This document shows positions 1 through 11,235 of a stretch of 64,000 bases of DNA, one piece after another (position 1 is the stretch's first letter; the number at the start of each line of letters is the position of its first letter). The DNA lies in NCBI RefSeq assembly GCF_018350175.1, contig NC_058368.1:173230001-173294000 (forward strand), read 5' to 3'. The stretch is from Felis catus (Eukaryota). A model generated the notes under the pieces. It made no database searches. It had not been told where the DNA came from and saw nothing but the letters and a program-made list of their open reading frames with translations. Both the position numbers and the translations under genes were made by a program.

Positions 1-1256
1 GCGCTATTACCATTTGCTGTAATTTGGTGGTGGTTCTTGGGCTTTTGGTTAAGTTGATAGTAGGAGATATTTCTTCCTGAGTTGAAGAATAATGGTTTTG
101 GTTTGATTCTCCTGCTGTTAAGACAATTTTGGAAGTGGTTTTAACTGGAGCAGGCCTTCTGCTTCTGGCAGGTCCCTGTGCTTTGTTGTGGTGAGCCTTG
201 TGCAGAGCAGATGTAAGTTTTAATAAATGATTATACGCTTTGTCACCAGGAGAGAGTTGGAATTGCAGGCAATGTGGTTTGACTTCAAATTGATTAGCCC
301 ATTTTATAAATGTCAGCAAATTGTTTTGTGATGGACCCTTTGAATAGAGCCCTAATGTTACCTGCAGAGTAAACTGTGTCTGGCTGGAGTTTATAACAAA
401 TGTTACTAGATGTTTTATTTAGAGAGAGAAATCACTTGTGGTTTCCTATTAGGATTTAGTTATTTATCATGGACCAGTGATGGTTAGTCTCTCTTCTCTG
501 TGGTTCTTGGTTGATGTGGGGTTGTATGTTTTTAAGCGTCCTCTTGCATACTTGATCAAACAATCATAAAGCTCTGTGAAGCATGAGGAGGGTAGCTCAG
601 ATGCTCAGATTTCTCATCCATGTGTTCCTGTGTCAGAAGGAGATTACACTCCATGGACAAGCAGGATAAACTAGAAGTTTGATGGGAGTGATTCATAATT
701 ATGTTACTCTCAGAAGAGCATTTCAACTTGTATGGGCAGGTCTTTACTATAGGGCAGTTTGGAATTACATTTTTTTTGTTGGTTGGAAAAAGCCACATCT
801 TGAGATAAAGAGGAAATTTAACTGCAAGGTGAGGGAAAAGCTAGTGTGTTGTTAGGAGAATCTCCATATTTTCTCTTATGAGTTTACAAATCTCTAACCT
901 TCAGAAGGCTGAGGTGGAGGCTATAAAACACCATTGACATTCTTACATTGGAGTGGAGTTTTTGTCTTCCTTGGTATTCACAGATAGTCCTTACCCTTCA
1001 ACTTTCCTTTGTAAAGATTCCAAAAGGGGGTTCTTTTGGTTCAGTGATTTCACTGCAACCAGAGTTGTAAGCATGTTTGTTTTCCTCATTTCTGACCTGG
1101 AGTTTTCACTACCAATTCCTTGCTCCCCTGTTGTGCAAGTGGTATCAAATGGCAGGTATAGATTACCTGTGGCCTTGTAAATGACTCACCATTGCTTTTG
1201 GCCTTGTGTTCTAATTTGGTTCACTGGGATTCACTTAAGGTTTGGTTCTTTTTCAG

Positions 1257-1333
1257 CATTGCTGCTTTGACCAGTAAGAGAAGTTCAGTCCTTATGCCAG
1301 AGAGTTCTGCAGAGGAAATCACTGTGTGTCCTG
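1257..1333 (+). CDS. UIMC1: UIMC1/RAP80 internal coding exon, 77 nt: (S)IAALTSKRSSVLMPESSAEEITVCP(E). Gene is 5'-truncated by the window edge
   Basis: ttttttcag acceptor and G|gtaagc donor. Translation matches the recalled human RAP80 segment VAALTSKRSLVLMPESSAEEITVCPE, and the phase joins the next exon. Confidence 0.93.
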
Positions 1334-1445
1334 GTAAGCACTTCACTGATTTTACTCAATCTGATCCTTAGCTATCTTACCTTTTTGTGCCAATTAATTT
1401 TTCTGACTTTTCCAGCCCATTCTCAGGAGGTTTATGTGTGATTGA

Positions 1446-1485
1446 TGTATGTGTGTATATCTCCTCCGTATATATATACATATAC

Positions 1486-1518
<33 letters not shown>

Positions 1519-1600
1519 TATATACACATATATATACACACACATATATGCACACACATATATATACACACACACACATACACATACGTATACGTACGCA
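1446..1600. repeat. Compound (TG)/(TA)/(CA) microsatellite
   Basis: Nearly uninterrupted purine-pyrimidine alternation at 1468-1600. It explains the low-complexity ORFs in the track. Confidence 0.95.
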
Positions 1601-2136
1601 CTCACTTTTTTAATGGACATTGGCTCTGATTCTTCATCTTCACTTAGAGCTATTTTAGTTTTGAAATTAATATGGCTCTTTTGTCTACTTGTTTGCTTAC
1701 CAACCTCATCAGATATGACAGCAAAACATCAGGAATAGCATTTAACTGTACATTGAGAGGCAAGAGGACTTCATATTTTGGTTTATGGGTTCTCCAAATT
1801 GGACTTTCCTCAAATATGCCTGTCATTAAACAGATTTTTCTCAGAGCCTTTTACTATTTTTATATACCATTTACTCATTGCAGAGGGAGTCCAGAAATTG
1901 AATTTTGTGTACAGTTCTGTCATTGACTTATTTTTAATTTCAGATAAGACATTTAACGTAGTTAAGCACTGTACTTTGCTTTTTGTTAATTGTAGAGATG
2001 AAAAGACATGGGGTACCTTACTTTAGGTACAAGAGATGTTCATTCAAGGTTGTACATGAATAGATTTTGACATACAAAATAATTTTTTTGCTTTAATTGT
2101 AACAAACTTTTATTAAAATGTTTTTTGCTAATGTGA

Positions 2137-2380
2137 TTTTATTTATTTTAATTGAAGTATAGCTAACATACAATGTTACACTAGTTTCATGTGTACAACT
2201 TGTGATTTGGCAAATTTATACATTATGCTGTGGTCACCACAAGCATAGGTACCATCTGTCACCCTGAAGCACTTTTACGGTACCATAGACTGTATTCCCT
2301 GTGCTGTACTGGTTATTCATTCCATAACTGGAAGCCTGTATTTCCCACTCCCCTTCACCCATTTTGCCCATCCCCCCGCC
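2137..2380 (-). mobile_element. 5'-truncated L1 3' end (L1_Carn/L1MA-type)
   Basis: Typical antisense L1 3' UTR (ttgaagtatagctaacatacaatgttacactagtttca...cccttcacccattttgccca). Flanking direct repeat AAAATAATTTT. Confidence 0.8.
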
Positions 2381-3818
2381 TTGGTACATAAAATAATTTT
2401 AAATGAACTAAGATACCCATTATCTAAGGGAACTCTTGAGCTGAATCATTGTATAATATGAAAAATTACTTTGTGATAATGAGCCATTACTTTTTAAGGA
2501 ATTTGTTTTAGCTTATATTTTCTTGTTTTGCCTTTCTTAAAAGTGGGGCCCATTACATTTATCAGTAACCTCATTCATGTGAGATTGAGGGACTTCCTAT
2601 CAATGTTTAAACTCTTTGGGCAGTAAGTGTTGCATACATGTTACCATAGATCACACCTAGTTTTCCCTTAGGTCTCATATAACCTATCAGGGTCAGAGAG
2701 ACACATAGCTTCTTATTTTGGTTTCTTTCAACTTTTTTCTTTAGAGACTTAAACTTAGTTTACACATTATTCTAGGAAGGACCTATAAACATTTATAAAC
2801 ATTTGGCAGCATATCATAAAGGCCTTTCTTATTTTTAAAGTTGAATTATGTTGTTTTTTATTGAAAGTGGTTTCTTAATTCTTATAAAATGTATTTGGAT
2901 TACTGCCTAATGATACCCGCTGAGAGACCCCACTACCAAGTGCTCTGATTTTGGCAGGAGCACTCAGGGATGCTGTGCTATCTTTGTGAAAAGAAAACTT
3001 TACCCTGCTTTGTCTTGGATTGCTGATTCATGCCATCCCGTTGGATGTATGTGTGTATCTCTTCCACATATGTATGTGTACATATACACACACACCCACT
3101 CAGTGTGTTTAGGATGATGGCATGTATGTCACCTTAGGATCTTGCAGGAGGAACCTTATAAATACAATAATTTTGAAAGCCCTAGTTAATGAGAGGGAAA
3201 AGCATGCCCTTCAGTACTGAGGTTAGATAACTTTTATGATCATGACTTGCTGTCATTAGCTTGCTAATTAAGTCCAACTGTTTGCTGACATAAACCAATT
3301 CTACATGAGATTGTAAAAGGTTTTCATTACATTACTGTTCCTTTTGCTAAGAAAGTATAACTACTTCTCCATGGAGCCAGATTCCTGAATGTCTTTGTAA
3401 ATGTATAATTTAGGAGCTATGCAACTAAATTTTCTGGAAAATTTGAGTTCTGGATGTTTTCTAGATGAATGAAATACAGATTGAGTGTTGTAGTTCATCT
3501 TACCTTTTTTGTGTTGTCCTATATTTCTGACAGTTCCAGGGATCTGATATTCAGAATTATCACATCTTTTTAGAGTTACTCACTTTGTTGAAGAAGCAGG
3601 ATTATAGCCTTATTCCTATATTGTATATGCTCCTAGCATTGTTTATTTCTAAAGAGCTAATGCTGTCTTGTCTTTATAGTTGAATATTTCAGCCATCTAC
3701 AGAAAGCGTAATTAAAGACTTCTTATCATTACAGTAGTGCAAACAATGAGTAGCTCTGATTTTTTTTTAGCAGACCGAATGTCTTTTTTGGTACTCTCAA
3801 GGAAACTTGGCAAAGAAG

Positions 3819-3920
3819 TTTCTTTCTTTCTTTTTTTTTTTCTTTTCTTTTTTTTTTTTTGGTTTTATTAAACAATGCATGAATCGGGCAGCATCTCATC
3901 TAGCAAGTAGAGGGGGGTCC
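3819..3920 (-). mobile_element. Short polyadenylated retroposed fragment resembling an ERV LTR R-region
   Basis: Minus strand reads ctctacttgctagatgagatgctgcccgattcatgcattgtttAATAAAacc plus an A-rich tail. Flanked by TG(G/A)CAAAGAAG direct repeats. Confidence 0.55.
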
Positions 3921-4301
3921 TGACAAAGAAGACTTTGAAGTTTATGCACTGTAAGCCTTTTCCCATGAAGGTAATAAAATCTGTGTGTGTGTTCATGCAT
4001 ATTCATTTTTCAGAGAAAAATTATAAGGTATAGAAGTATAGTTAACACTAGAAATGTGTTTAATCCCTCTTTGATGATTGAGAAGATAACCTCAGTATTT
4101 TATAGGTACTTTATTTGCCCAATATTGGCCATTATATTTGTGAAGAACATAAGTATCAGTTAGATGTACAGTGCTTGCAGTGTAGATAAGAGAGAACTTA
4201 CTGGATTTGTATTCTGGGATAAGTTTCTTTTTCAGATTTGTTGTCCTTTTTTGACATAGAGGTACTGTTATTTTGTTATATTAAGTGATAAGTGTCTCCA
4301 C

Positions 4302-4527
4302 CAGAGGTTGGCAGACTTTTTCTGCAAAAGACTAGAGAGATATTTTAGGCTTTATGGGATAAACTACTCATCTCTGCCATTGAAACTACTCAGTACTACC
4401 ATTTTAGCACAAAAGGAACCATAAAATACAAAGAAGAATGTGTGTGGCTGTATTCCAATAAAACTTTATTTACAAAAACAGGAGGCTGGCTGATTTTGGC
4501 CCATGAGCTATAGTTTGCTGACTCCTG
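4302..4527. mobile_element. MER58-like hAT-Charlie non-autonomous DNA transposon
   Basis: Ends cagaggttggcagact ... agtttgctgactcctg form terminal inverted repeats. Internal tggctgtattccaataaaactttatttacaaaaacagg is characteristic. Confidence 0.8.
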
Positions 4528-4821
4528 AACTAGACTATGAGGGACCCCATCTTATATCTCCATGTTGCTTATAGCCTATACAGTGCCTGGAACTTGTTGT
4601 TCATAAATATTTGTTGAGTTAATGTTGAACAAATAGATGCTGCCTAAAAAATATATTAAAGAAAGGCATATTTTTGCCTAGAATGTCTTTTCTGTTTTTG
4701 CTCCCAATTTTTGTCTTCTCTAATCATCCCTTTAACCTTAGAACTAACATTGGCAATTTTTTGTTTTCTGTCAAAATAAATATATTTTAAAAACAGAACT
4801 ATGCTGAAAAGAAGCCAGGTG

Positions 4822-5250
4822 GATTAACTGGTGAATGGATAAACAAATTGTGATACATCCATACAGTGGAATACTACTACTCAGTAGTAAACCGGAATGA
4901 ACTACTGATAGTAACAAAATGAATGCTTTTCAAACACATTATACTAAATGAAAGAAGTCAGACACAAAAGATGGCATACTGTAGGATTTCATTTATGTGA
5001 CATTCTAGAAAAGGGAAAACTATAGGATTGTAAAGTAGATTGGTCATTGCAAGGAGCCAAGCAGTGGGGAATTCACTGCAAAGGGGTACATAAGAACTTT
5101 TTGGGTGCTTAGAAATGCTTTATATCTTGATTTTGGTGGTTACATGGTATAAATGATACCATGTATAAATTGTATACATTTGCCAAAACTCATCAAACTG
5201 TATACTGAGAATTGGTGAATTGTTTTATGTAAATTGTGCCTCAATAAAGC
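4822..5250 (+). mobile_element. Ancient L1M 3' end
   Basis: ggtgaatggataaacaaattgtgatacatccatacagtggaatacta ... aaattgtgcctcaataaa. Confidence 0.8.
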
Positions 5251-5260
5251 TTTAAGTAGA

Positions 5261-5495
5261 GGGGCACCTGGGTGGCTCAGTCGGTTAAGTGGCCGACTTC
5301 GGCTCAGGTCATGATCTCGCAGTCGGTGAGTTTGAGCCCCGCGTCAGGCTCTGTGCTGACAGCTCAGAGCCTGGAGCCTGTTTCGGATTCTGTGTCTCCC
5401 TCTCTCTGACCCTCCCCCGTTCATGCTCTGTCTCTCTCTGTCTCAAAAATAAATAAACGTTAAAATAAATAAATAAATAAATAAAAATAAAAATA
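5261..5495 (+). mobile_element. CAN-SINE (SINEC_Fc-type)
   Basis: ggggcacctgggtggctcagtcgg head, CT-rich region, A-rich tail; TSD AATAAAGCTTTAAG. Confidence 0.95.
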
Positions 5496-5574
5496 AAGCT
5501 TTAAGAAGAAACAAACTAGATCTGTATTACCACTGCGGTATTATACCCTAAGCTTAAGGGGAAATAGGTGTTTT

Positions 5575-5800
5575 TTTGTTTTTTTTTTTTTAATTTTTTT
5601 AACGTTTATTTATTTTTGAGACAGGGAGAGACAGCATGAACGGGGGAGGGTCAGAGAGAGAGGGAGACACAGAATCCGAAACAGGCTCCGGGCTCTGAGC
5701 TGTCAGCACAGAGCCCAACGCGGGGCTTGAACTCACGGACCATGAGATCATGACCTGAGCCGAAGTCGGATGCCCAACCGACTGAGCCACCCAGGCGCCC
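5575..5800 (-). mobile_element. CAN-SINE (SINEC_Fc-type)
   Basis: Poly-T tail; ends gagccacccaggcgcccc; TSD aggtgttt. Confidence 0.95.
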
Positions 5801-5871
5801 CAGGTGTTTGTTTTTTTAAGTATGAAAATATAAAATGGAAATTAATGACTTTTTAACTTTTTAAATTACAG

Positions 5872-5975
5872 AGACACAGCTAAGTTCTTCTGAAACTTTT
5901 GACCTTGAAAAAGAAGTCTCTTCAGGTAGCAGAGAGATCCTGGATGAAGTAAGAATAATAATGGCAGATAAGGAG
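5872..5975 (+). CDS. UIMC1: UIMC1 coding exon, 104 nt: ETQLSSSETFDLEKEVSSGSREILDEVRIIMADKE
   Basis: ttacag acceptor and GAG|gtgaat donor. Phase 1 in, phase 0 out; matches the recalled RAP80 sequence. Confidence 0.94.
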
Positions 5976-6423
5976 GTGAATATTCTGTATAATTTTTCTT
6001 AGTGTTTTCTTTTTCCGGCTAGTCCTCTCTATGATGCAGCATTGACTTGGCTGGAAAGATTTAGGTGACAGAAAGTTGTAGTTTTGGGGATACTTACGTC
6101 AGAGGGAGATTCTTACACTTCAGTTCAGCACTGTTTTAAAATAGGAGTAGTCACCATTTCTTGATTTCTTAATATGCTTTATTATTTTCTATTACAGATG
6201 GGGGAAACAGAGGCTTAGAATGTTTAAGTCATTTGCTCATATTCAAGATGTTAATAATGGTAAAACTAGAATTTAAACACCGATTTATCTCCAAAGTCTG
6301 GGATATTTCTATTAAATTACTGATAAGTAACAGAAATGAACAATCTTAGAAAAAGTCACTGTATTTATATTATGATGTAACTTTCAGCCCTCATTTCTAG
6401 ATGTGATCAGAAATGCAAAGTCA

Positions 6424-6590
6424 GGGGGCACCTGAGTGGCTCAGTCAGTTAAGTGTCTGACTTTTGATTTTGGCTCAGGTCATGACCTCATGGCTCGTGA
6501 GTTTGAGCCCTGCATCAGGGTTCTGCTCGCGCGCGCGCTCTCTCTCTCTCTCTCTCAAAAAGAATAAATAAACTTTAAAAAGAAAAAAGA
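6424..6590 (+). mobile_element. CAN-SINE, internally deleted
   Basis: SINE head; TSD agaaatgcaaa. Confidence 0.9.
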
Positions 6591-6711
6591 AATGCAAAAT
6601 CAGGATAGCAGCATGAAAAAATAAGCAAATCTTTATTTGCTGTATTAAATTTCCTAACTTCACATATCTGGTATCGGCCCTAGAGATGAATGATACAAGT
6701 TCATCCTTCTT

Positions 6712-6796
6712 TTATTACTATTATTATTTTAAGAGAGAGAGAGCTAGCACATAAATGGGGCAGGGGGTGGGGCAGAAAGAGAGAGAGAGAGAGGGG

Positions 6797-6832
<36 letters not shown>

Positions 6833-6956
6833 CTCTTAAGCAGGCTTCGCACTCAGTGTTAAGGTTGATGTGGGGGTCAGTCCCACAACCCTGGGATCAT
6901 GACCTGAGCCAAAATCAAGAGTTGGACGCTCAACCAACTGAGCCACCCAGATGCCC
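6712..6956 (-). mobile_element. CAN-SINE with expanded (GA)n
   Basis: Antisense SINE consensus; TSD tacaagttcat. Confidence 0.9.
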
Positions 6957-9900
6957 TACAAGTTCATACTTCTAATTAAGATTTTCAGTATATATTTTTC
7001 ATATTGAGTCTGATGAAGTAATTTACCAAGAATTTAAAAAATTTTAGAATCTTTAAAATCTGTTGCTCTGAAAAGCACCCTGAGAATTAAACTAATTTTT
7101 CTATGGATAAATATTTTGGTTACATTTGTGTATGCTATCTTATCCTGAGCATTAAAAAAAAAAAAAAAGTTTCATTCTCTTACTCCTTTTTATAGTCTAG
7201 GTCTTTTGAAAACAGTTTTTACAATAGAAGGTAGATCCCTTCCCTGGTCTCTTCATTGCAGGTAACTGGGTAGAAATTCTGCTTTCATGAATCATGCACA
7301 CTGTGTGGTTCCCTGCAACCTGATCTGTCACACCTGACAAAGATTCCCTGATGCTAGTGGTGGTAGGGAAGATGGTGACAATCTCTGCAACAGAGTGACC
7401 TAAGGACAGATCCTGCTAGAGAATGTCAAAATGGCTTCCCAGGGAGGGACCAGAACCTTGTAAATAGGGATGGAGAACAGAGTGATACTAACAGAGTCAT
7501 TTTAACTACAGAAGAAGCCCTACAGTCCTTTTGTTTATCAAGGCTGATTTCTTATCCACCTGTGACTGCAAAGGAGACTGTTCTTTGGGGCAAAGAGCGC
7601 AACCCCTATTTAGGATTTATAGTCTGCACCGCTACACATCAAATGGATAGAGGTGTGTGTATGGCCTTTCTTACATCGGATGTCCTCTTTTCGGTGTTGC
7701 TGTTTGCTGGTATCTATAGATGTCTATAAATAGTGTTAAAAATTTCTATTAAAAAATGTTAGAGATACTGTAGTTTTTACCCAATCATTTACTAGTTACA
7801 AGTTGCTTATTAGAAAGGTAGAATCTGAACATTTTATGAGCACAAAGATAGTATCAGAATGGGTGTGGTCCCTTACTCTTAGAATCTGTGTAGAGGTTCA
7901 TTTGTCCTAAAATTTCTTGTTTATTGGAAGGTGGTATGGTGTAGTGCAAGGAGCTTTGAGCATTGGACTTAATTGTTTTATTCATTTCATATATTTGACA
8001 GATACTATAGTTTGTGTACTGTGTGCCAGTCATTGTTTTAGACTCTTGAGATACAAAGATAAAACAACAACAACAAAAAAACAGTCGCTTCTCTCAAAGG
8101 GTCCTGGTGGTAAAGGAGGCGATAGACACATAGATAATTTTAATGTGGTCTGACAAACGTAATGATAGAGATGCCCAGAGCATTAGGGGAACATAGAAGA
8201 AGAATGCTTTTTTGAATTTCAGTTCTTCATATGTAAAATGGAGACAAAAAAGAACCTATTTTACTGGGTTGCTCTGAAGATTAAATTAGATAAAGAATAT
8301 AAAACACATAGTAGAGATTTGGCACAAGTAGAAGTATGTATGTGGAACCAGTTATTATTTTACTGCTTTGTAATATATTGTGGCTGTTCAGGGATACTAA
8401 CTTACTAATGACAGAGAATTGCTCAAAAGTATTTATTTGGAATACCACGGCAGAACTGTAATCCTTGATTTGACTTCTTGCAGTGGTCAGGTTCCTTTGG
8501 AAATAGTATTTTCTGAATATCTTGCCTGAGAGAACCCCTTGGTTGGAGTTTCAGATAGTCTTTTCTCAGAAATGTTAATAGAAGTTACTCAGCATCAAAC
8601 AGTTGGTGTAGTCAGTTGGTTTTTAAGTAAACTGTGTTGAGTCCTATGGAAAGAGGGGAAAGATCTAACTAAACAGCTTTCTGTTTAGATAAACTGGATG
8701 GGGGAGTGGGAGGGGGTTGGTGACTTGTAGGACGTACTTTTATTTTCACTTGGTTCATTTCTTGAAGTGAGATTTCTTTTGAGGCCAGAAGGTAAGGGCT
8801 AACCTTTAAGTGATCAAGATTCAGTGTCCAAGTACCTTATTTGAGAAATGACTGGGTAGTATTTTAAAAGGAGTAGAGGCAGCTCTTCAGAGACTGAATC
8901 CCTGACTACACAGCCCTAATAAAAACCTGCCTCGCTTATATGTTTTCCTCTTGAGATTCCTCCATTGTAGTTAATATTTAAATAGAACTTTTAAATGGTG
9001 CTGAAAAAAATCTTCCTTTATATAAAAATGTTCAGAAACCTTCTGGGTTGCCTATGAATGTGATTGGAAATGGTATTGTATTCACAATAAGACAATAATA
9101 GACTACTCCTTCTTGAATACATTAATAGTTGAAGGTACATTCTGTGCATTTTACAGAGCTGGTGATGAATACAAAGGAGTGTTAGTGCTGGGTGTGAGCA
9201 CCAGTGACATTCATGTCATATAACATTTCTGTGCTTAGTGAACTTTAGAATGCCAAGTAACTACTCAATTGCCATTAACTTTCAGTAACTCAAAACTACT
9301 TGCAAGTTTTAGGGTATATTGATTTTTCTCCCTTCTGTTCAAATGGCTTTGCATGCATAAGACAACTTTTCAGTGTAAGATTTATGAACAGAGGGTTTCT
9401 GAGAAGCTAAGTGACTAAGCTTGGAATAAATGACATCCAGAACTTCCAGACACAGTTGGTTCTCCCCACCTTTTAGAGAAGAATAATAGAACCAGATCAT
9501 CTCCCAATAGTTGGCAGGGTCAGCTTCCAGAAACAAAGTAGAGGGGATGCTTTTTGCTTTTGCCAAAATATGGTATAATGGAAATACTAAAGTTTTGATG
9601 CCACACAAGCCTGGGTTCAGGTCTAGATTGGCCACTTCCTAACTTTGTGATCAGCAAGCAGGTTACTTTATCTTTCAAACAAATCTCAATTTCCTCTTCT
9701 GTAATCCTGGAGCTAGTGATACCTCTGCCAGTTGGGTTGTGAGAGACAGGTATGGAAAATCCTTGCCCAGGCCTAGTATAGAATATGAACTCAACCACTG
9801 TTAGTTCTTTTTCTTGTTTCTTTTTTCACCCTTTCACAGTATGTCTTTTCAAGTAAAAGGCAGGTGTGTTGAAAACAACATTTTCTGGCAATTGTAGAAA

Positions 9901-9987
9901 CTGTTTGACTTGGTATTTAGATGGCCTGTTTCCCTCTGTTGGATCTCATTCACAGGCAGTAGATTTTAAGGGTGGCCTAAATCAAAT

Positions 9988-10033
9988 CAAAACAAAACAA
10001 AACAAAACAAAACAAAACAAAACAAAACAAAAA
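9988..10033. repeat. (CAAAA)n pentanucleotide microsatellite
   Basis: About 9 tandem units. Confidence 0.95.
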
Positions 10034-10694
10034 CCCAGTTGCCTCGGAGCTCAAATTATCTACCTGTTGCAGTTTTGGTCCTTGTACCAGAAGAGGGTTT
10101 ATTTTTTTTCCCATAGTAAGGCATAATAACAGCCCAGGTGTTCCTTGCTCTTAAGTGGAAGCAGTGGCTGGCTATGCAGGACAGTTTCACATTGATTGGT
10201 TAGGACATGCTGTCCTTTGAAGCAAGTGTTAGGTAGTAGTGCTGCAGTGCTCACGCATACTGTTGAATTAATCGCTGCAGAGTTCTTGGATCTGACCTGT
10301 AAAGGTAAAATAAAACTGCCTCTCAGAGACACTGGCAACTGTAGGAAAAATGGTGATTATAAAACACTGAGAGGAATAAGAGAGAGAAGGTATAAGAATG
10401 ACTTTGGCAGAATTGTCTTAATGACTTTTATTTGACCATTCTTAAATATTTGGGTCTTAGTTCTATTTCCACTTTTGATCCAGAAGTCACAGATAAAACA
10501 GAAGAGGTGGTATATCTTACTGGTCTAAGGTGAGGCCTAGCTCTTAAATTTTAGTTATGCTCCTTTTGCTTAGAACTCTCCTTTCCTAACTCCTTATGTC
10601 TGAAGTCACTTGCAATGCTCACAGTTCTTTATGACATTGAAAAAGTTTCTTTGAGATGCTGTTGATAAGCATACTGACTTAAGAGCATGAGAGA

Positions 10695-10925
10695 GAGAAT
10701 GCCCTCAGATTTTGCAGCCAAATAGTCCTTGATTTGAATTTCAGCTCTGCCTCTTATTTGTTCTCTAACTTTGGGCAAGTTGCTTTACTGTTTTGGACAG
10801 TGCTTTCTTCATGTGTAAGAAAGATGATGTTAATACCTTTGTAAGATTGCTATGAGGCTTAAGTGAGTATTACATGCAGAGTGCTTAGCATATAGTATGC
10901 GGGCACTGAATAAGTATTAACTATA
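10695..10925 (+). mobile_element. MIR SINE (one of many MIR remnants in the window)
   Basis: Degenerate MIR core: tttgaatttcagctctgcc...ttgggcaagttgcttta...tgtaag...gtgcttagcatatagt. Confidence 0.7.
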
Positions 10926-11084
10926 TTAGTGTATCTCCCAATCTTCAGACCTGAATTTGGCAAACTGATTGGTATTTTCTTAGAAAGTAAATGAAATATG
11001 GGATGGACTCTCTTGCAGTTCTTTGAAGGAAAAGATGTATTATAAAGTAAAGTTATTATAGTTGCCATTTGTTATTTTCTTCAG

Positions 11085-11235
11085 GTTGATAACAGGGAAA
11101 ATGCTGAGAAGGAAATAGCTATTTCTACTGTCTCATCCAGTACCCAGGTGTCCTGCCCACTATGTGACCAAGACTTTCCACCCACAAAGATTGAGCGACA
11201 TGCCATGTACTGCAATGGAATAGGGCCAAGTACAG
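11085..11235 (+). CDS. UIMC1: UIMC1 coding exon, 151 nt, first CCHC zinc finger: VDNRENAEKEIAISTVSSSTQVSCPLCDQDFPPTKIERHAMYCNGIGPST
   Basis: ttttcttcag acceptor and CAG|gtaaga donor. C-x2-C-x11-H-x3-C motif; overlaps ORF 11148..11336. Confidence 0.96.

Noticed and set aside
556..1180. ORFs 556..798 (-) and 953..1180 (+) and minus-strand donor-like sites
   Set aside because: Short, no recognisable homology, and no coherent exon chain could be built.
1377..1738. Five overlapping ORFs rich in Y/I/H/T/C/V
   Set aside because: They are translations of the dinucleotide microsatellite.
5261..5340. tRNA-like A/B-box sequence at SINE heads
   Set aside because: This is the tRNA-derived SINE head, not a tRNA gene.
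10281..10304. 24-nt AG...GT micro-exon candidate
   Set aside because: No polypyrimidine tract, and it contains an in-frame stop in the relevant phase.
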